Below, piece after piece: positions 39,001 through 52,900 of a stretch of DNA of 64,000 nt. The stretch is taken from contig JAQGDQ010000041.1 of assembly GCA_030141605.1 (NCBI GenBank), positions 1 through 64,000 on the forward strand, given 5' to 3'. The notes under the pieces were generated by a model, which was not told where the DNA came from, searched no databases, and saw only the letters and a program-made list of their open reading frames with translations. The stretch is from Tubiluchus corallicola. Taxonomy: Eukaryota > Animalia > Priapulida. The position numbers and the translations under genes were made by a program. Positions within the stretch are counted from its first letter, which is position 1. Each line of letters starts with the position of its first letter.

Positions 39001-41822
39001 AAAGTTCCAAGTAGTTGCAATTAACTGGCTTCCATATGGCTTCCCGCCAGTCACATGTTCTCATTTGTTTGCAAATTTCGCAAGGTACAACCCACATTCC
39101 TGTGTAATAGGTAAGTGTTTCACATACACAACTTTTCTCGTTATTTCTTCAGTATCTTTCAATGATCATTTTAGTGGTGTTGTGCTGTAAATAGTACTGG
39201 CGTCAGTATATATTGCAAATGTGCTTACAAGAAATGTTAAAAAAATATGTTCACTGAAAGAATTTCTTAGAGCTGCGAAAAATGCAGCAACAACCAAATT
39301 ACACATCATGTTCTCACCTGAAAGCTGAAGTGTGTATTATTTACCTGAGGCGTACCCGTTTTTGCAAAGGGGCAAGGACTTCCGCTTTCTCAGCATGTAT
39401 TCCCAGCTCTGGTATGGCGACTTGAACAAATCACATGGTTTATCAGGATCCACTACAGCTAGACAATCCTACAGAACAACTGAAATATTTTAGCTGCATA
39501 ATGCCAAGCAAAAGCAGTAGCAAAGACGGTAATAGCAACATTAAATACGACGACAACAATACCAAATGTAATATCTTTATTGTGGATTAACACAAAACCT
39601 CGAGTATTCCATTAACTCTTTGACTATTGCTTCCATTGTCATTATCAACATCATTCGACGTTGTCCTAATCATCATCACCACCATCATTATCATCATCAT
39701 TATCGTCATCATTGTCATCGTCGTCGCTATTATTGATAACACTATCATCATTATCACTATTATTGTCGTTGTTAATATCATCACCACTATCAACATTATA
39801 GTCATTGTGCATCGCCATTATAATAATCATCGCCTTCACCGTTAGCATCAGCAACATTATCAGCATCTCCTTTACAGTTTTTCTTTTTCAGCATTCACCA
39901 CGACCGTGACAATTGACGTTTAACATAAGCAGAAAGAAAGCAGACAGACACCGTAACAACGAAGATACAAACTACACCATACTCCAACCTAATTTGTTAC
40001 CTGCTCTAAACTGCAGACAACGTGTGGATTTGATGATTTAAAGGCTTCCACGTCTTCAGGAGTTGCTGTATTTCTTCTAACCACCAATGTATAATTCTGA
40101 ATGGTGATTTTCGGACCTTTGATACTCAGTTGCATCGTGACATTCCATAGGTCAACACCAAATGGCATAACGTAGGGTCTACAATGCATAATCGATTCAC
40201 ACAATTTTGCAGTAAAGTTTCTAACGTGATTTCTTATTTCATATTTATTGAGTAAACAGAACACACATACAAATTTTAGTACAACATGTTTATATTTACA
40301 TACATGCACGCACACAAAATTATAAATAATGAATTTACAAAAACAAAAATGTCATCAAAAATCATCAAAATTGAAATTCTGGTTATGAAAAAAGTGTTCC
40401 AGAATTTGATTACTGTAATCACTGATGTTCTAAAAAATTTGAGATTAAAAAATGCAATAATTATCAATTTACATAAAAATGACGATAAAGCAACTCACCC
40501 ACTAGCCAAACTGTGAGGTGTCCCGGATTAGCAAACGCAAAAATCGAGGTGCAACAGAAGCCAAAAGTCGTGCACATGCAGTTACGATGCCAACAGAAAG
40601 AAAAGCACATGTCCATTAACATATTGTATAAAATTACGCATATTTACCTGGTCACGTCTGCTCCATTATATCTGACTCGAGTCCTGCAGTTCCATGGGGT
40701 GGCCCAAAACGTGTATTGTAGCGAGTAGTAATCAAGATTCAGTTCATACAGGTAGACATGTGGATCAAACTCAGGTGAAAACTTCAGAGGCGGTGGAATG
40801 AAGTCAATGCGTCTGAGATACGGAATGGTGGATGGATCTACAAAATTACACAGACTCATTTACGCAAGATTCTGTAGTTAATTAAGTGATTCTTTAACTT
40901 CTATTAGAACTTTACTGTAGCAAATGAATGAGTGTGCGTTGTGACGAAATAAATTAAACAAACAAAAAAAGCAAGCACGCACACAAACAAACAGATAAAG
41001 TAAAAACTATAAGTGAAATTACAGTTGATACTAATATCAATATAAGTAACAGTACTTTTTATTAGAAAAGTCAAAGTCGTTAATACTTTTTACGTATTTT
41101 TAAAGTCCTTTTTTGCAATTTAGTAAAACAATCATATACAATATTATTAATAAAAAATTGTTTACCATGACTGCAATACTGCATCAGCGTTCGGTTTAGT
41201 CGCGTTCGTGGCTTTTTTATTTCTTGGATCAAGGGCGACTGTGTCATTAGAACTTCATTTTCTGTAAAAATTGTGATTTATTTATAAACAATAAAATTAA
41301 CAAATCATGTAACACTTTTTTAATTTTTTTTTACAACATAACAGAGCTTGCTACTATACTTCAAGGTAACAATGTCGACCATAATGGCAGCAACCTACTG
41401 AATTTTTGCGATAGTGTTGAAATGCATTTGTTTTTTGCACTTTATACTTTCTTTATGTGCTTTTTCATTTTTAAGCGTTTTTATTATTATTTTAGTTACA
41501 CCTATCTGTGCCTTACATGCTTTATCTTCAAGTCATTGATTAACTCACTTATTTTTGAGGTACTAGATAATACTACGAGGACGTTTTGCCATTAACATTT
41601 GTTTTAAGTAAAATATATCTGTTTTTGTTCTTTGCACAAATAAAGGGTCAGTATTCCAAAAAACGTGTAGGTAAATGCACAAATTAGCAAATGTAACTTA
41701 CCCGCTAATTCCGTGTTGTATAAGAGTATCAGACCCGGTACTACAAATAAACTCAAGCAGGACGTAACAACCGCGGCTTTCTGCTTGTCCACGGTATTTA
41801 AAAAACCATTAGAAGTTACCAT
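36033..41822 (-). CDS. CPED1: Short CPED1-like protein A (TM anchor + cadherin-like beta-sandwich + PC-esterase/SGNH domain), ~508 aa, 11 exons
   Basis: Exons: 41822-41702, 41261-41166, 40837-40648 (LKFSPEFDPHVYLYELNLDY), 40178-40001 (QNYTLVVRR), 39468-39345, 39099-38963 (GMWVVPCEICKQMRTCDWREAIWKPVNC), 38561-38332 (LLFLGDSTLRSV), 38057-37959, 37327-37228, 36682-36527 (VDAFHPTMSRF..GQCHYH), 36128-36033 (GSVNQAVADIVTHEICT*). All GT-AG; 1527 nt in frame. The WxVPCxxCxxxRxCDWRE, GDST.R, CHxH and G..NQ......C motifs match the C-terminal half of CPED1 as I recall it. The symbol denotes the family, not proven orthology. Confidence 0.9.
37590..37935. repeat. Degenerate (GTA/GTG)n low-complexity tract in an intron
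   Basis: Directly visible. Confidence 0.85.
39635..39870. repeat. Degenerate (ATC/ATT)n tract in an intron
   Basis: Directly visible. Confidence 0.85.
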
Positions 41823-42099
41823 TGCAGCTATTCGTTAATTAATTATTGTTGTCACCAAATGATAATAACTAACAAAAAGAAATTTGTCGAAACGCTGTTT
41901 TATCGAAAGTTTATTGCACGCAAATAATAAGTTTACATTCTTCGTGTAATGTGACTGACATTTTATAATTGTGAAAACTATTAAAACAAATAATCATGAC
42001 GCTTTTTAACTGGTTCTAGAAAGCAGCTATACCGGAAATTCAAGAAAGGTTGGTGAAAAGTTTGATCATCGTTGCTGTCCGTTATACTGAAAGTGATAA

Positions 42100-43300
42100 T
42101 AATGTGCTTTCTCGTTTTTGTCCGAAAGCGACTTAGGAGGACCCATATGCTGATTTTTTTCATCACTTTATTACGTTATCTGCTTTTTAATTCACTTAAT
42201 TCGCAAGCTCTGAAGACTAGAGTTACGAATTTACAGGGTAGATACCTGGTGTAGGTTCCTCGAAAGTGGTGAGGTGAACGGTGACCTCGGTCAAAGGGTT
42301 AAGGACGTTGGACGTCGGTCAATTTTTCGATTGCAGTTCAACTCTTCCTAGATTATGAGGAGTTAAAATTCATTCGAGTTAAATTCATTTTTTGATAAGT
42401 ATTTAGGTAATGCTGGGTAGGTGTATATCTGTGCTTTTAAAAAGTTAGGATTCTTTAAGAGCCCGAGATAGAAGCGAAATTACGTAACACTGAATAACTC
42501 GAAAAGTATAGTAACTAGTCACGAAACTTGTAAGGAAGACACCGGGGGCTGGGATAAAGACTCAGGTAATAGTATACTAAAATAACTGGAATTGTTTAAC
42601 GGCCCAAGATAGGAGCCTAAATGTGAAAATTAAGGCATCCAGCTTTAATTCATGTTAACTTGCAAACGAAGAGGACCATAGTCATGAAATTTGTAGGGTA
42701 GACACCTTTGGTCGAAGAGTCAAGGATACTGGACATCGGTTACTTCATCAATTGTTATTCAACTGAGTCTAATGCTTTGGGTAAATTCATATTTTTTTCA
42801 TAAATATTGAGGTTTATTGTGGGGTAGATGTGTACCTGGGCTTTTAAAAAGCTGTGATTCTTTAAGGGCCGAATAAGAGCCAAAGCGCATAACAATGAAT
42901 AACTCTAAAACTATAACTAGAGTCATGAAACTTACTGGGTAGGGGCTCCGGCAACTGTATGAACAGAAAACTTGAAATAGTTTAAGGCCTCGAGACAGGA
43001 CCGAAATGTGAAAATTTGGGCACTAGAGCAATATAACCCTGAGGGTTATAATCACGAAATTTGCAGGGTAGATACCTGTGATATCTTAAAAATTGTATAG
43101 TGAACAGCGACTTCAGTCAAAGGATCAAAGAACACTGGAGTTTGGCCAGTTTTTATTGCCATTCAACTCCTCCTAGGCCTTCTGTTAAATTCAGCTTTTT
43201 CATAAGTATTTAGGTATTGAGAGATATAATCAACAACCACAACTACACTCGACCAGGTATAGTCATATTTAAACAAGGTCACAGCGTTATGGCCGCCTAT
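42100..43300. mobile_element. Non-autonomous element with ~2.5 internal ~370-460-bp tandem units (Helitron/Helentron-associated type?)
   Basis: The unit start ...GAA(A)TTT...AGGGTAGA(T/C)ACCT recurs at ~42220, ~42680 and ~43050. GCTTTTAAAAAG..GATTCTTTAAG recurs at 42433 and 42840. The superfamily assignment is a guess. Confidence 0.5.
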
Positions 43301-44709
43301 TTTGTATCTGAATTCATTCAATCTTGCTATATACAACAGCAAGGAACAAAATTTCTGGGCTACTTCTATGTAGTCACATTTCTGTAAGCAAAACGTTAAA
43401 TTCTCTTCGTGTTATTATTGTATAGAACAGTAATACCCCTGAAGACCCAATGCAATGGTCTCTCTTTGTCTGTGCGCATAATATTAGAACATATGTACGA
43501 GATTATTGTTAGACAAATTACTTATGCTATATTACTTGTTATACAATTACTTGTTATACAAAATAAATATGGTAAGGCGTCAATTATTGGACAGAGTAAA
43601 TTCTTGAAAAGATTGAAGCTTATAACTGCGCCTGCTAATATCGAAATGTATGCAATGTAGAGCTGTCATTTCACGATGAGACGGGAAAAAGTGTACAAGG
43701 CAGATCATTCATGAAAGGCATACCACTCTCGATTTTGCATTTATTTTTAGGCCAAATTTAATCAGATTTTTAGATAAAACCATAACTTGAAAATAATGCA
43801 AAATAGGTTTTCTAAATATTGTAACATTGACTCCATTGGCTATTTATTTTCACACCCCGCAATTCTACACGGTCTGTTGCAAAGCCTTTACATATTGGTG
43901 TTGAATGCTAGCTATAAAACCCTTGAAATGGCCTTCTCAACAGACTGACTAGCAGGTACGATTACGGTAAAATTACAAGAAGTAAAATCAACTAGCACAC
44001 TGATTTATTTTTCGAAAAGTTTATTAAATAAAAATCATCTCTTTTGTGTATGTCGTTTCTCTGTCGTTTTAGTGCAACATGATACAGCCTATGATATCAC
44101 CAGCATTGAACTTTATATTAGGTAGGTGGGACACTTATTGGATCTTGTCATCGGAAAGGTGCTGAGCATTAGCCATTTTTTCAGTTTGATGTGGTTTTAA
44201 ATGATTTGAAATGTAAAATATAATAATTCTTTTTGAAATTTATGAATAATCGCAGGCCTACAGTAAAAATGCTTTAATTTCGGAAGTATGTTAGCAATAG
44301 ATTTCTATGTTCAAAATGATTTAGATCAGATAATGCAGAGGCACTTGCATTTCCAATCCTGTTTAATTTTATAAAACAGTAGATACTGTGTATGAAGTAA
44401 CATGTTGCACTCTGTCACTATACAGAGAAGAAATTTGAATGTATTCTGTAATTTTTCAGTTAGAACTAAATATAAAAATATCTCGACTGCTAAACCCTAG
44501 ATTATGGGCCTCAATGGCCTTCTAGCCCCTTAACGTTGCATGAGCCTTTTAGGTTATTGCCCTCAGCAAGGCAATTATTGGGCCTTAAAGCAAGACCGGA
44601 CCTCTAGGTCAAAACAACCCAGTTCTTAAAATTTTAAGAGGAAACACACTATTTTTTCAAAAATGACTTACGAGAAAGAATTATTACCACGCAAACACAA
44701 TTTTGCCCT

Positions 44710-45237
44710 TGCGTCACTAGTTCTTCGCTGTTACATGCATTTCGCCATTCGCTAGTTAGACAGACTAGCGCCTGCACTTCGGAAACGGATTGCAAAAAAA
44801 CAGGTGTTGTACCTCTCCGTTCAGATGCGTTCAGAACGAACTACACACGTTCCAGCTCATGCGTGAGCACAGCGGAAAATTTGAAATTTGAATTTTTATC
44901 TTAAAACTTGCCTAGTTTTACTACAACACACTGAATATCTTACAGTAGCACTGCAAAATATTCTACTAACGTGTTGTACGTGTTTCCGAAAGCAAAAATT
45001 AAAGTCCAGTGCTACTGTAAGATATTCAGTGTGTTGTAAACTAGGTAAGCTAAAACTAGGTAAGTTTTAAGATAAAAATTCCAGTTTCAAATTTACCGCT
45101 GTGCTCACGTATGAGCTGTCGAACGTATGTAGTTTGTCATAAACTAACATATCTAAATTGAGAGGAACATTACCTGTTTTTTGTGCAACGCTTTGCGAAG
45201 CGCTATAGTGCCCGTAACAGCGAAGAACTAATGGTGC
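44710..45237. mobile_element. ~530-bp fold-back (palindromic) element
   Basis: Arms 44710-44951 and 45006-45237 pair over their whole length. Examples: CTAGTTCTTCGCTGTTAC / GTAACAGCGAAGAACTA; GTGAGCACAGCGG..AATTTGAAA / TTTCAAATTTACCGCTGTGCTCAC; CAACACACTGAATATCTTACAGTAGCACTG / CAGTGCTACTGTAAGATATTCAGTGTGTTG. Confidence 0.8.
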
Positions 45238-46169
45238 GAACGTGAAAGTACAAGGGAGCCACCATTTGAAATTACAAGTAAAAAAGCTCACGTAAACATT
45301 TCTTCAGCAACAGAGTTGTAAGTTTATTGAATAAATTACTACCATATGTGAATGAAGCTCCAACTGTAAATGCTGGGAACCGAAAATTATTTAAAAAACG
45401 ACTATGTCATGTTGATTACTTTTAACTTTTTTACATTTTAACAGACACTTGTAAGCAGCTATTTAAGTTCTTCGTGTTTTTTCCCGTAATCTTCTACTTA
45501 TATTATTATTATTATCAATTTTTTTAATTTGCACTGTTTTTGTAGTAGTCCTTTATTATTTGATTTTACTTTTTAACTGCCTTGTCACTCGTGTATTGTA
45601 CTCTGAAGATTACGAAATAAATAAAAATGAAAATAAAAACTACAAAACTTTGTTTGAGTGTTTGTTTCCTTTCAATATTTTAAAGAATAGATTGTTTTGA
45701 CCTACAGTTTAAGATTGGGTCCGGTTTTGCTTTAACATTACCGCATCTTAACATTTAAGAACAACCGAGATATTTAAGCAACTACTGTACGCAATAGACA
45801 AGAAACGCTTTATGTTGTAAATGAGAAAGATCTGTTGAACCGCCTCTTATACCGTTATACTCCTATTTCGTTTTTTAATCATTTTGTCGAAAATGGCAGA
45901 AAATTTTACGTCTTCAAAGCTGCCGAAGATCAAGCTTCGTTCGTTCAAAGGAGATATATACAGTACGTCAAGGGAATGAATCGTGAAGCCTGTTTTTGTT
46001 CAGAACTGGATGAAAAGCAGTAATTTCAGCTCTTGAAAACCAAACTCACTGGAGCCGTGGCACACACGTTCACGGGTTTCTAGTAAGCAATGTTGCCACT
46101 TCTGTAATTCGTGAACGCTTTTGTAAGTTCAGTTTGATTCGTCTACTTGATGAGTTTCTCCAATTTGTT

Positions 46170-46450
46170 TTAATCAACTGCGGTTGATTTCCTTTTAAAC
46201 ATTTCGGTACCAACTGCTGATGATTCCCTTTCAAAATTTTTTGGATCAACTGTAAGTGATTTTCTTCAAAAATTTCCCGAATCAACTGCAGTAACACCTG
46301 GATCAGCTGTTAGTAATTCCCTTTCCCAGTTTTTTAGATCAACTACAAGTGATTCCACTTTAAGATTTCTCGGACCAACTGCAGGTGATTCCTTCCCAAA
46401 ATATGCTGAGTCAACTGCAGGCGGTTTCCTTCCAAAGTTTCTTAGACCCA
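46170..46450. repeat. 36-bp degenerate minisatellite (~8 copies)
   Basis: Units A(T/C)CAACTG.....GATT..CTT...AA.TTT.... start at about 46173, 46209, 46245, 46281 (short), 46302, 46338, 46374 and 46410. Confidence 0.85.
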
Positions 46451-46971
46451 ACAACTTATGGTGACAATATGGCGCTGCTGCAGCACAGCATTGTCTTATT
46501 CCGATTTTATTCCTTGTTAAGAGGCCGTATAAAAGGTTCAGTAAAACTCCTCTTGATTAGCAACACAATGCATAGAGTAAATTTAGAACAAGCTGGCTGC
46601 AGTCATCTGCATTTATTTACCTCTCTATTACTTATATTTTTTTATATTATAATATTATAATTGTTAATATTTTGTGCTAAAGCCTAAAGGATCCCTAAAA
46701 ATTTTCCTGATATATAGAATGGCAATTTTTTCAATCAATTTGTCCCCTTTACTTGGTACCAAGCAAAGTTCGCTCCTCAATATGGGAGAGAGGAATACCC
46801 TACCTCTGATTTGGCCTGAACAAATTAAGTTTGTGTGAACACTAAACAACATTATAAAAAAAGAAAATTAGACATTTGGCAACTGCATTAATGCAAGAAT
46901 GATCGGTAGCGCGATTACGCATTCGGTGATCAGATCAATAAGTTTCATTCGCAGTTAGACCTGCAAAATTA

Positions 46972-49900
46972 TCATGAGCACATTTCATGTATAACAATCC
47001 TTGCCACAGCTTCGTTTACCGCTCCGACTTGTATGACATATTCACCATTGCTGTTATTGAACGGCCCCTGAAAAAAGATAAAACCTAAATGTTTCAACGT
47101 TTGTTTGTAGCAGAATGTTTGCAAAACTATGTATCGTTCATCACTGTCATTCATGAGCAAGGCTGGCAGTACAGCACAGTACGAAAAAATATCGTACTTC
47201 GTACCTCTAAAAATACCGTACCATAATTCCGTACCGTACCTACAAAATCGACTCGTACCATAATAGTACGAAAAAATACCGTACCGTAATTTCGTACCGT
47301 ACTTTTAAGCATTTTTTGTACCGTACCATATCGCACTGCCAGCCTTGTTCATGAGCTTTATCAAATAAACTTCTTTAGACGTCTACACAAGCACCCGATT
47401 CGTCTGGCGATGATATAGGTACCCGGTTGGCGATGGTTCGTCTGGCGATGATTCTGGCGGTGCTATGACGTCATACTTGATTCAAGTCATTTTACACATT
47501 AAAATCTGATTTCTGTGTCTGTGGGGCCAATGGTAAATCCACTTATCGCATCTAACGATGCTGAATAATAGTTTACAACCGTTGTTTGACAGAAAGTTAT
47601 GTGGATGGTGTGAACTTATTGCGATTTTCTCCTTTTTAATTCACAGAAACTATGATTTATAATAATTTAATTTCTGTAAAAACTTATAACAAATATAAAA
47701 TGTGTCCAACGACTAAGGATGCAAATAACACAACCTTGAAACTGTGGTAATGACATTGACATGGTCCTAGCCTATAATCTCTGAATCTTGCTATAGTAGG
47801 CGCAAAAGCATCTATGTATCGAATGCCACTATCCAAGTAAGTGTAGTTAATTAATTCCTTTGTTTTATTTAAAAGTTTAAATGTCCGTTCCTGAAATAAA
47901 AAGATAAAGAGTTAATTAATTAATGTGGAAGCACTAAAATACTTGAAAAAATATGTTATTATAATAAATTACGATTTTTAAAAATATTGGGCATTTAAAT
48001 GCATTAATATTGAATTACTTCTTGTAATTTTACCGTAATTTATTATAATAACTCTTTTGCTGAAACAAGCTGCTCAGAGATTTTTTAGGAGAATGTTAAA
48101 AACATGTTAATTTTTGGTCGAAAAAACGTTATCATAACAAACTATTATTCTTAACAGTTGCTCAAATTAAAAGATTTTGTTTTCATCGCCATCAGTTTGT
48201 AAAACTAACCATTTGTTCTACGAAATGCGAGAATTACCATGTCTACTTGAACGGTTTTTGGAGACGCTGGACCTTCTTTGTACAGGTAGCCGGCAACCAC
48301 ACCCTTCACTATTAGAGTGATACCACTCAAATTCTCTCTATTAAAAAGAAATCTATTAGGTCTATAATATTTCCTACTCGTTCAACTGAAATTTGATGAA
48401 CACGTGACTTTGCTGACCATCTCGCGAATGTTCCTTTACCAACTCTTGAAATTAGCAAAGAATAGCGACGAACCAACCACGCAACAAAAGCTCTTGAGAG
48501 AATTCACAAGATAAAACAATTCGCTGCCTTATCCATTGTGCAGTAATGACAACTCTCAGTAATAGATTAGCTTTCTTTTTTCAGCACAAAAAGCCACATA
48601 AAAACATAAAAAGCATTGCATAATACTACAATAAATACTGCAATAAAAGCTACACTGAAAATACTATTATGTACATACAGTACATAAGCTTTCGTCGCGA
48701 TATTTATTGTTTGCAAGCAGTCTATTTTTCCACAGCTTAAAATAGCGAGCTTGTATAATATCTATAAGATCTCTTCTCCTCTGGCTGTTCCCCTTGCCAG
48801 CTCTTTTCAATGTAATAATTGTATAGACGACTTACTAGTGCCCAGTTAAGTTGATTCCTATTCTTGTAATATTTTTATGATAAGAACAGCAATATTATAT
48901 TACGGCTTACTGTTTAAGTAAATGACGAATTGCCTGCACTTGTTCCACGTCTGTCCAATACGCACCGCCGTAAACCATTATTGTGTCTTTGTTCGGTTTT
49001 GGCTTTACTCTGCAGTAAGAAATTTCAGTAAAATAACCCACAACGCACTGCTTATAGAGACGCAATTTGCTTTTACCAAACCTATTTTCAGTCCAAGCTT
49101 TTTATACAAACGTAATTACTCAAAAGCTGATCAGCTGAGAAGCCAATCATTGTGATGAGCTAACCATTACCAACCCAGAGAAGATTCTTTACACTCCTCT
49201 CTTGTATTCCTTGCCCCCTAATTCACATCGTCAAATCTAGTCTTGACTGAAATCAGTCTCTGTTCAGTTCACAAATAGTAACAGTCTGAGACCTAAACTC
49301 AGTCTGTACTTGATAAACACTAAGATTATAGAATTTTGATAGCAATAAATAAATAAATAAATATATAAATAATTTTAAATAAATAAAACAATGTTTATTT
49401 AAATTAGTTTTATTTATTTAAAATTATTCATTTATTTTTTTAAATATTTACCTATTAACATGTTACAGGTTTTCAAAAACACGTTATTGACAATTTCTGC
49501 GCTATCGAAATTCTATACGTTAGCGCTTATCAAGTTCATGGTGTGAAAACGGAAAGGTTTATGGTTAGTATATTCAGCAAACACCTTTAAGATAAACGTT
49601 TTAAATGTACTTTAGTCATTAATGGCTGAGCTGATTTAACAGAGAAAATATGCTAAATGATTTACAAAATGCGTTAAAATGAATTCATGGTAATTTTTGA
49701 TTATTATAATCTTAGTATCAAAATTATTATTAACGGTGGTGCAATCTCACAATTAATACAACGAACACAAAGTCGGAAAGACCAGAAATGAAAAAACGGC
49801 CTAGATTTGAGCCAGGGATCTTTTGCTTACACGCGTTTGACCACTAGGCCGCCATATTGCTAAGTACATGTCCCCTGTATTTCATCTCCTGTATGTGGTC

Positions 49901-52900
49901 AACCAAATTCAGCTTTTACAATTTTAGATCACTCACACAAGATTAATTAACTAATTAAGTTAATTTATTTTGATTAATTTTGAAAGTTCCGTGGATTAAT
50001 TTTATCATTTATTAATTATTACAATCTTAATGACAACTTACTATTAAATTTTTTTATTATAGGATTGTAGAAATTGATAATCAATAGTAACTTTTATTTA
50101 AAGTTAACATATCCGAAGATATTAGTTGGTCTAGCCAAAAACATTCCTGCTTAGGATATGTACATCACGTCCGGACAAAGTGTGAATTATATATTACTCA
50201 CTTTTTGATCAATTCATAAAATGCTTTCTTTAAGTCGAATTTTTCCAATTTTTCCTTTTTCAGTGAAAATTCCGGAACTAAGAGGCGGTAGTATTGAAAA
50301 GAAAACTTCTTGTTGACTCGATGATTAAAAAACTTGGTGCTACGAATCTTTTTCCGGTAGTAAGCTATCCCATTACTATGTTTCTGCAGCATATTATAAT
50401 ATACGCTTCTGGTAGTGGAATCTCCCAAAAACATGACCTAAATTTAAAGATATATAAACAAAGATTTTTACGACGTAGAATTGTAAAGTAACACATAATA
50501 CAGAATAACGTTGTACTATCCGATGTTTTGTCATAGTGCAGCATCCATGAAACATATAAATTAAATCAATTGATAACGGTCAATAATCAAAAGCGAAAAC
50601 ACTCAATGAAAAAATACAGTTTATATTAAGGAATCTTCTTCCGAGAAACTTTTGTAAGGTGGCAGTAATGAAAGAGCCCAATAAGCCAAATCATCTTGGA
50701 GTCCGGATCAACAATTGATTTCTGATCACTGGCCGGTTTAAAAAGACTTAAAAAAATTAATTAAGGAGGCAGGATGCAATCATTTACCTGACCTTGTCAG
50801 AAACTAGAGTCTTTATCTAGAGAATGCCTCTAGAGTTAAAAAGGACGAGCATACGCCTGTCGGGTTTGCTATTTGCACTAAGCAGAAACCATGTCGGAAG
50901 AATTTAAACTTGTTGGATAAATTTAAGCTCATTATCACACTCATTATCATGTTCTTTAGAGGCAGTTATTGCATTCTCGAGTATCAATACTTGGCTGCAC
51001 TCGGCCAAAACACTCTTTTTATTTTGAGCTTGCGGAAAAACGGCGCCAATACCGTTGTCTCCCTACGATTTGAGAACTACTATCCCATGCTAAGAGCAGC
51101 ATACTGAATTTTATTAATCATTCATTATTAATAGTAAATCGTAATGAACAATATTCAATGACCAGTTTCTCTATCTTGGAAATAAAAAACGTACCAATTT
51201 TTGAAGCAGAAGGAAAAACTGAGTTTAAGCAGACATAAAAAGTGGAAAACTGGTGATTAATAAAAAGCACAAAGTGGCAAAAAAGTTCGATATTAAACTC
51301 TAGAGAAAAGTCTACTCTTGCTGGCAGGTGCTCATCGCGGAACTCATCAAAGGAGTTTTTTGCTAAAACTGGACTCGGTCTGCACTCAAAGTTTAGCATT
51401 GTGCATCAGTATTAAATAAATATTGAATTATTTTAACACTTAACTGTTTTTCCGTCCAAACAACGTTGCAAATCATCAGTTGACAGGTTCAAATATTCAC
51501 AGTAAACTGGCAACCACTTAGCCTCTCTCCAGTCACAAGATCTCATTTCTGCACACGAGGCACAGGGAACTAACCATCTTCCTTGTAACAAATAACACAT
51601 TTTGGGTGATGCTATGTAGTACTTAACAAGAACTGGCCATCTGGGAAGCTCGAATTATACTAATCATCAGACTGAGTAGTCAATAGCTTATTAAACATTA
51701 TTAAATTATTTATTAAAACATTATTAAATTACAACAGTGTTAACTTCGCACATTGAGAAATGATGTTAAACTTTCAACTTTTGTTAACTGGGCACGTAAG
51801 TGACGATGTATGTTTCATTTCATTTTGCAAAGACACTAAACTGCTGCAAATCAGAAATAAATCAGAAAATGAGTCCCTAATGTATTACTTCATCGTTCTC
51901 TACGAGAAGAACAGTTACAGTTCTAAGAAAAAAATATCTCCCATTTGCTCTGTGTATAATTAACTCAGTAGAACAATATTGTATGAGACAATTGCAATGA
52001 GATCTAGAATAACATTCACAACACACACCATTTTTACCTGGGGCATACCCATTTTCACAGAAGGGTAGTGTTTTCCTCTTCTCTAGCATGATATCCCAAC
52101 TTTTAAAATGAGTGCTTGATAAACCACACGGTTGGTTGTCATCCACTACTGCTTGACAATCCTACAGCCATAATGATAAGAACAATAAGAAGTCAGAATT
52201 AAGCAAAAGGCCTTTCAGAATTGTGACCTTTGTCAAAGGGCAAAGGGTATCAGCAAACGGTAAACTTAAAAGGAATCGATTTGAAGGGAGCGAAAACCGT
52301 TTAATAGATATCTTGACAAAGTGAAGATGCTAGATCTTAACTTGTGCCTCTCACTGTAGCTTTGTATTTTGAACGCAAAGACAAGGTCTGGCAACCAGAA
52401 CGTACTAACCTGTATTAACTGACAGACTGCATGTTTATTTGATGGATTAAATGGTTCCGTTTCTTCAGGAGTTGCTTCATTTCGTCTCACGATTAATGTG
52501 TAATTTTGTACATTTACGTCTGGATGACCAGACTGCCCACTGTTCCACAGTAACTGCATTGTAACGTTCCAAACGTCCACACCAAATGGCATACTATGAG
52601 GCCTAAAAATTGAACTTTTAATGAGTAACCCGAGGTCTATAAGCCTACTGTGACTACGAAGTGACGTATAACCAAAAATTACTTACAATTAATGTAGGCA
52701 GGTAATCAAGTGATATTAATGTGCTTGTTTTTGAGCAATTAACAACTTGTGACATAGAAGGAAAGCCAGTAAGAAATGTAATCATGTTACGTCACAGCTA
52801 TGACGAGCCGTGCAGGCTTAATTATAGTGCTATTCAGGCCTAATACTCACCTAGTCATGTCAACGTCATTATACATAACCCGGGTTCTGCAGTTAAAAGG

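Noticed and set aside
46170-46450. 36-bp repeats as CRISPR direct repeats
   Set aside because: The units are head-to-tail and degenerate, with no unique spacers.
49797-49853. Functional tRNA gene
   Set aside because: It is too short and lacks an anticodon arm, so it is kept only as a SINE-like relic.
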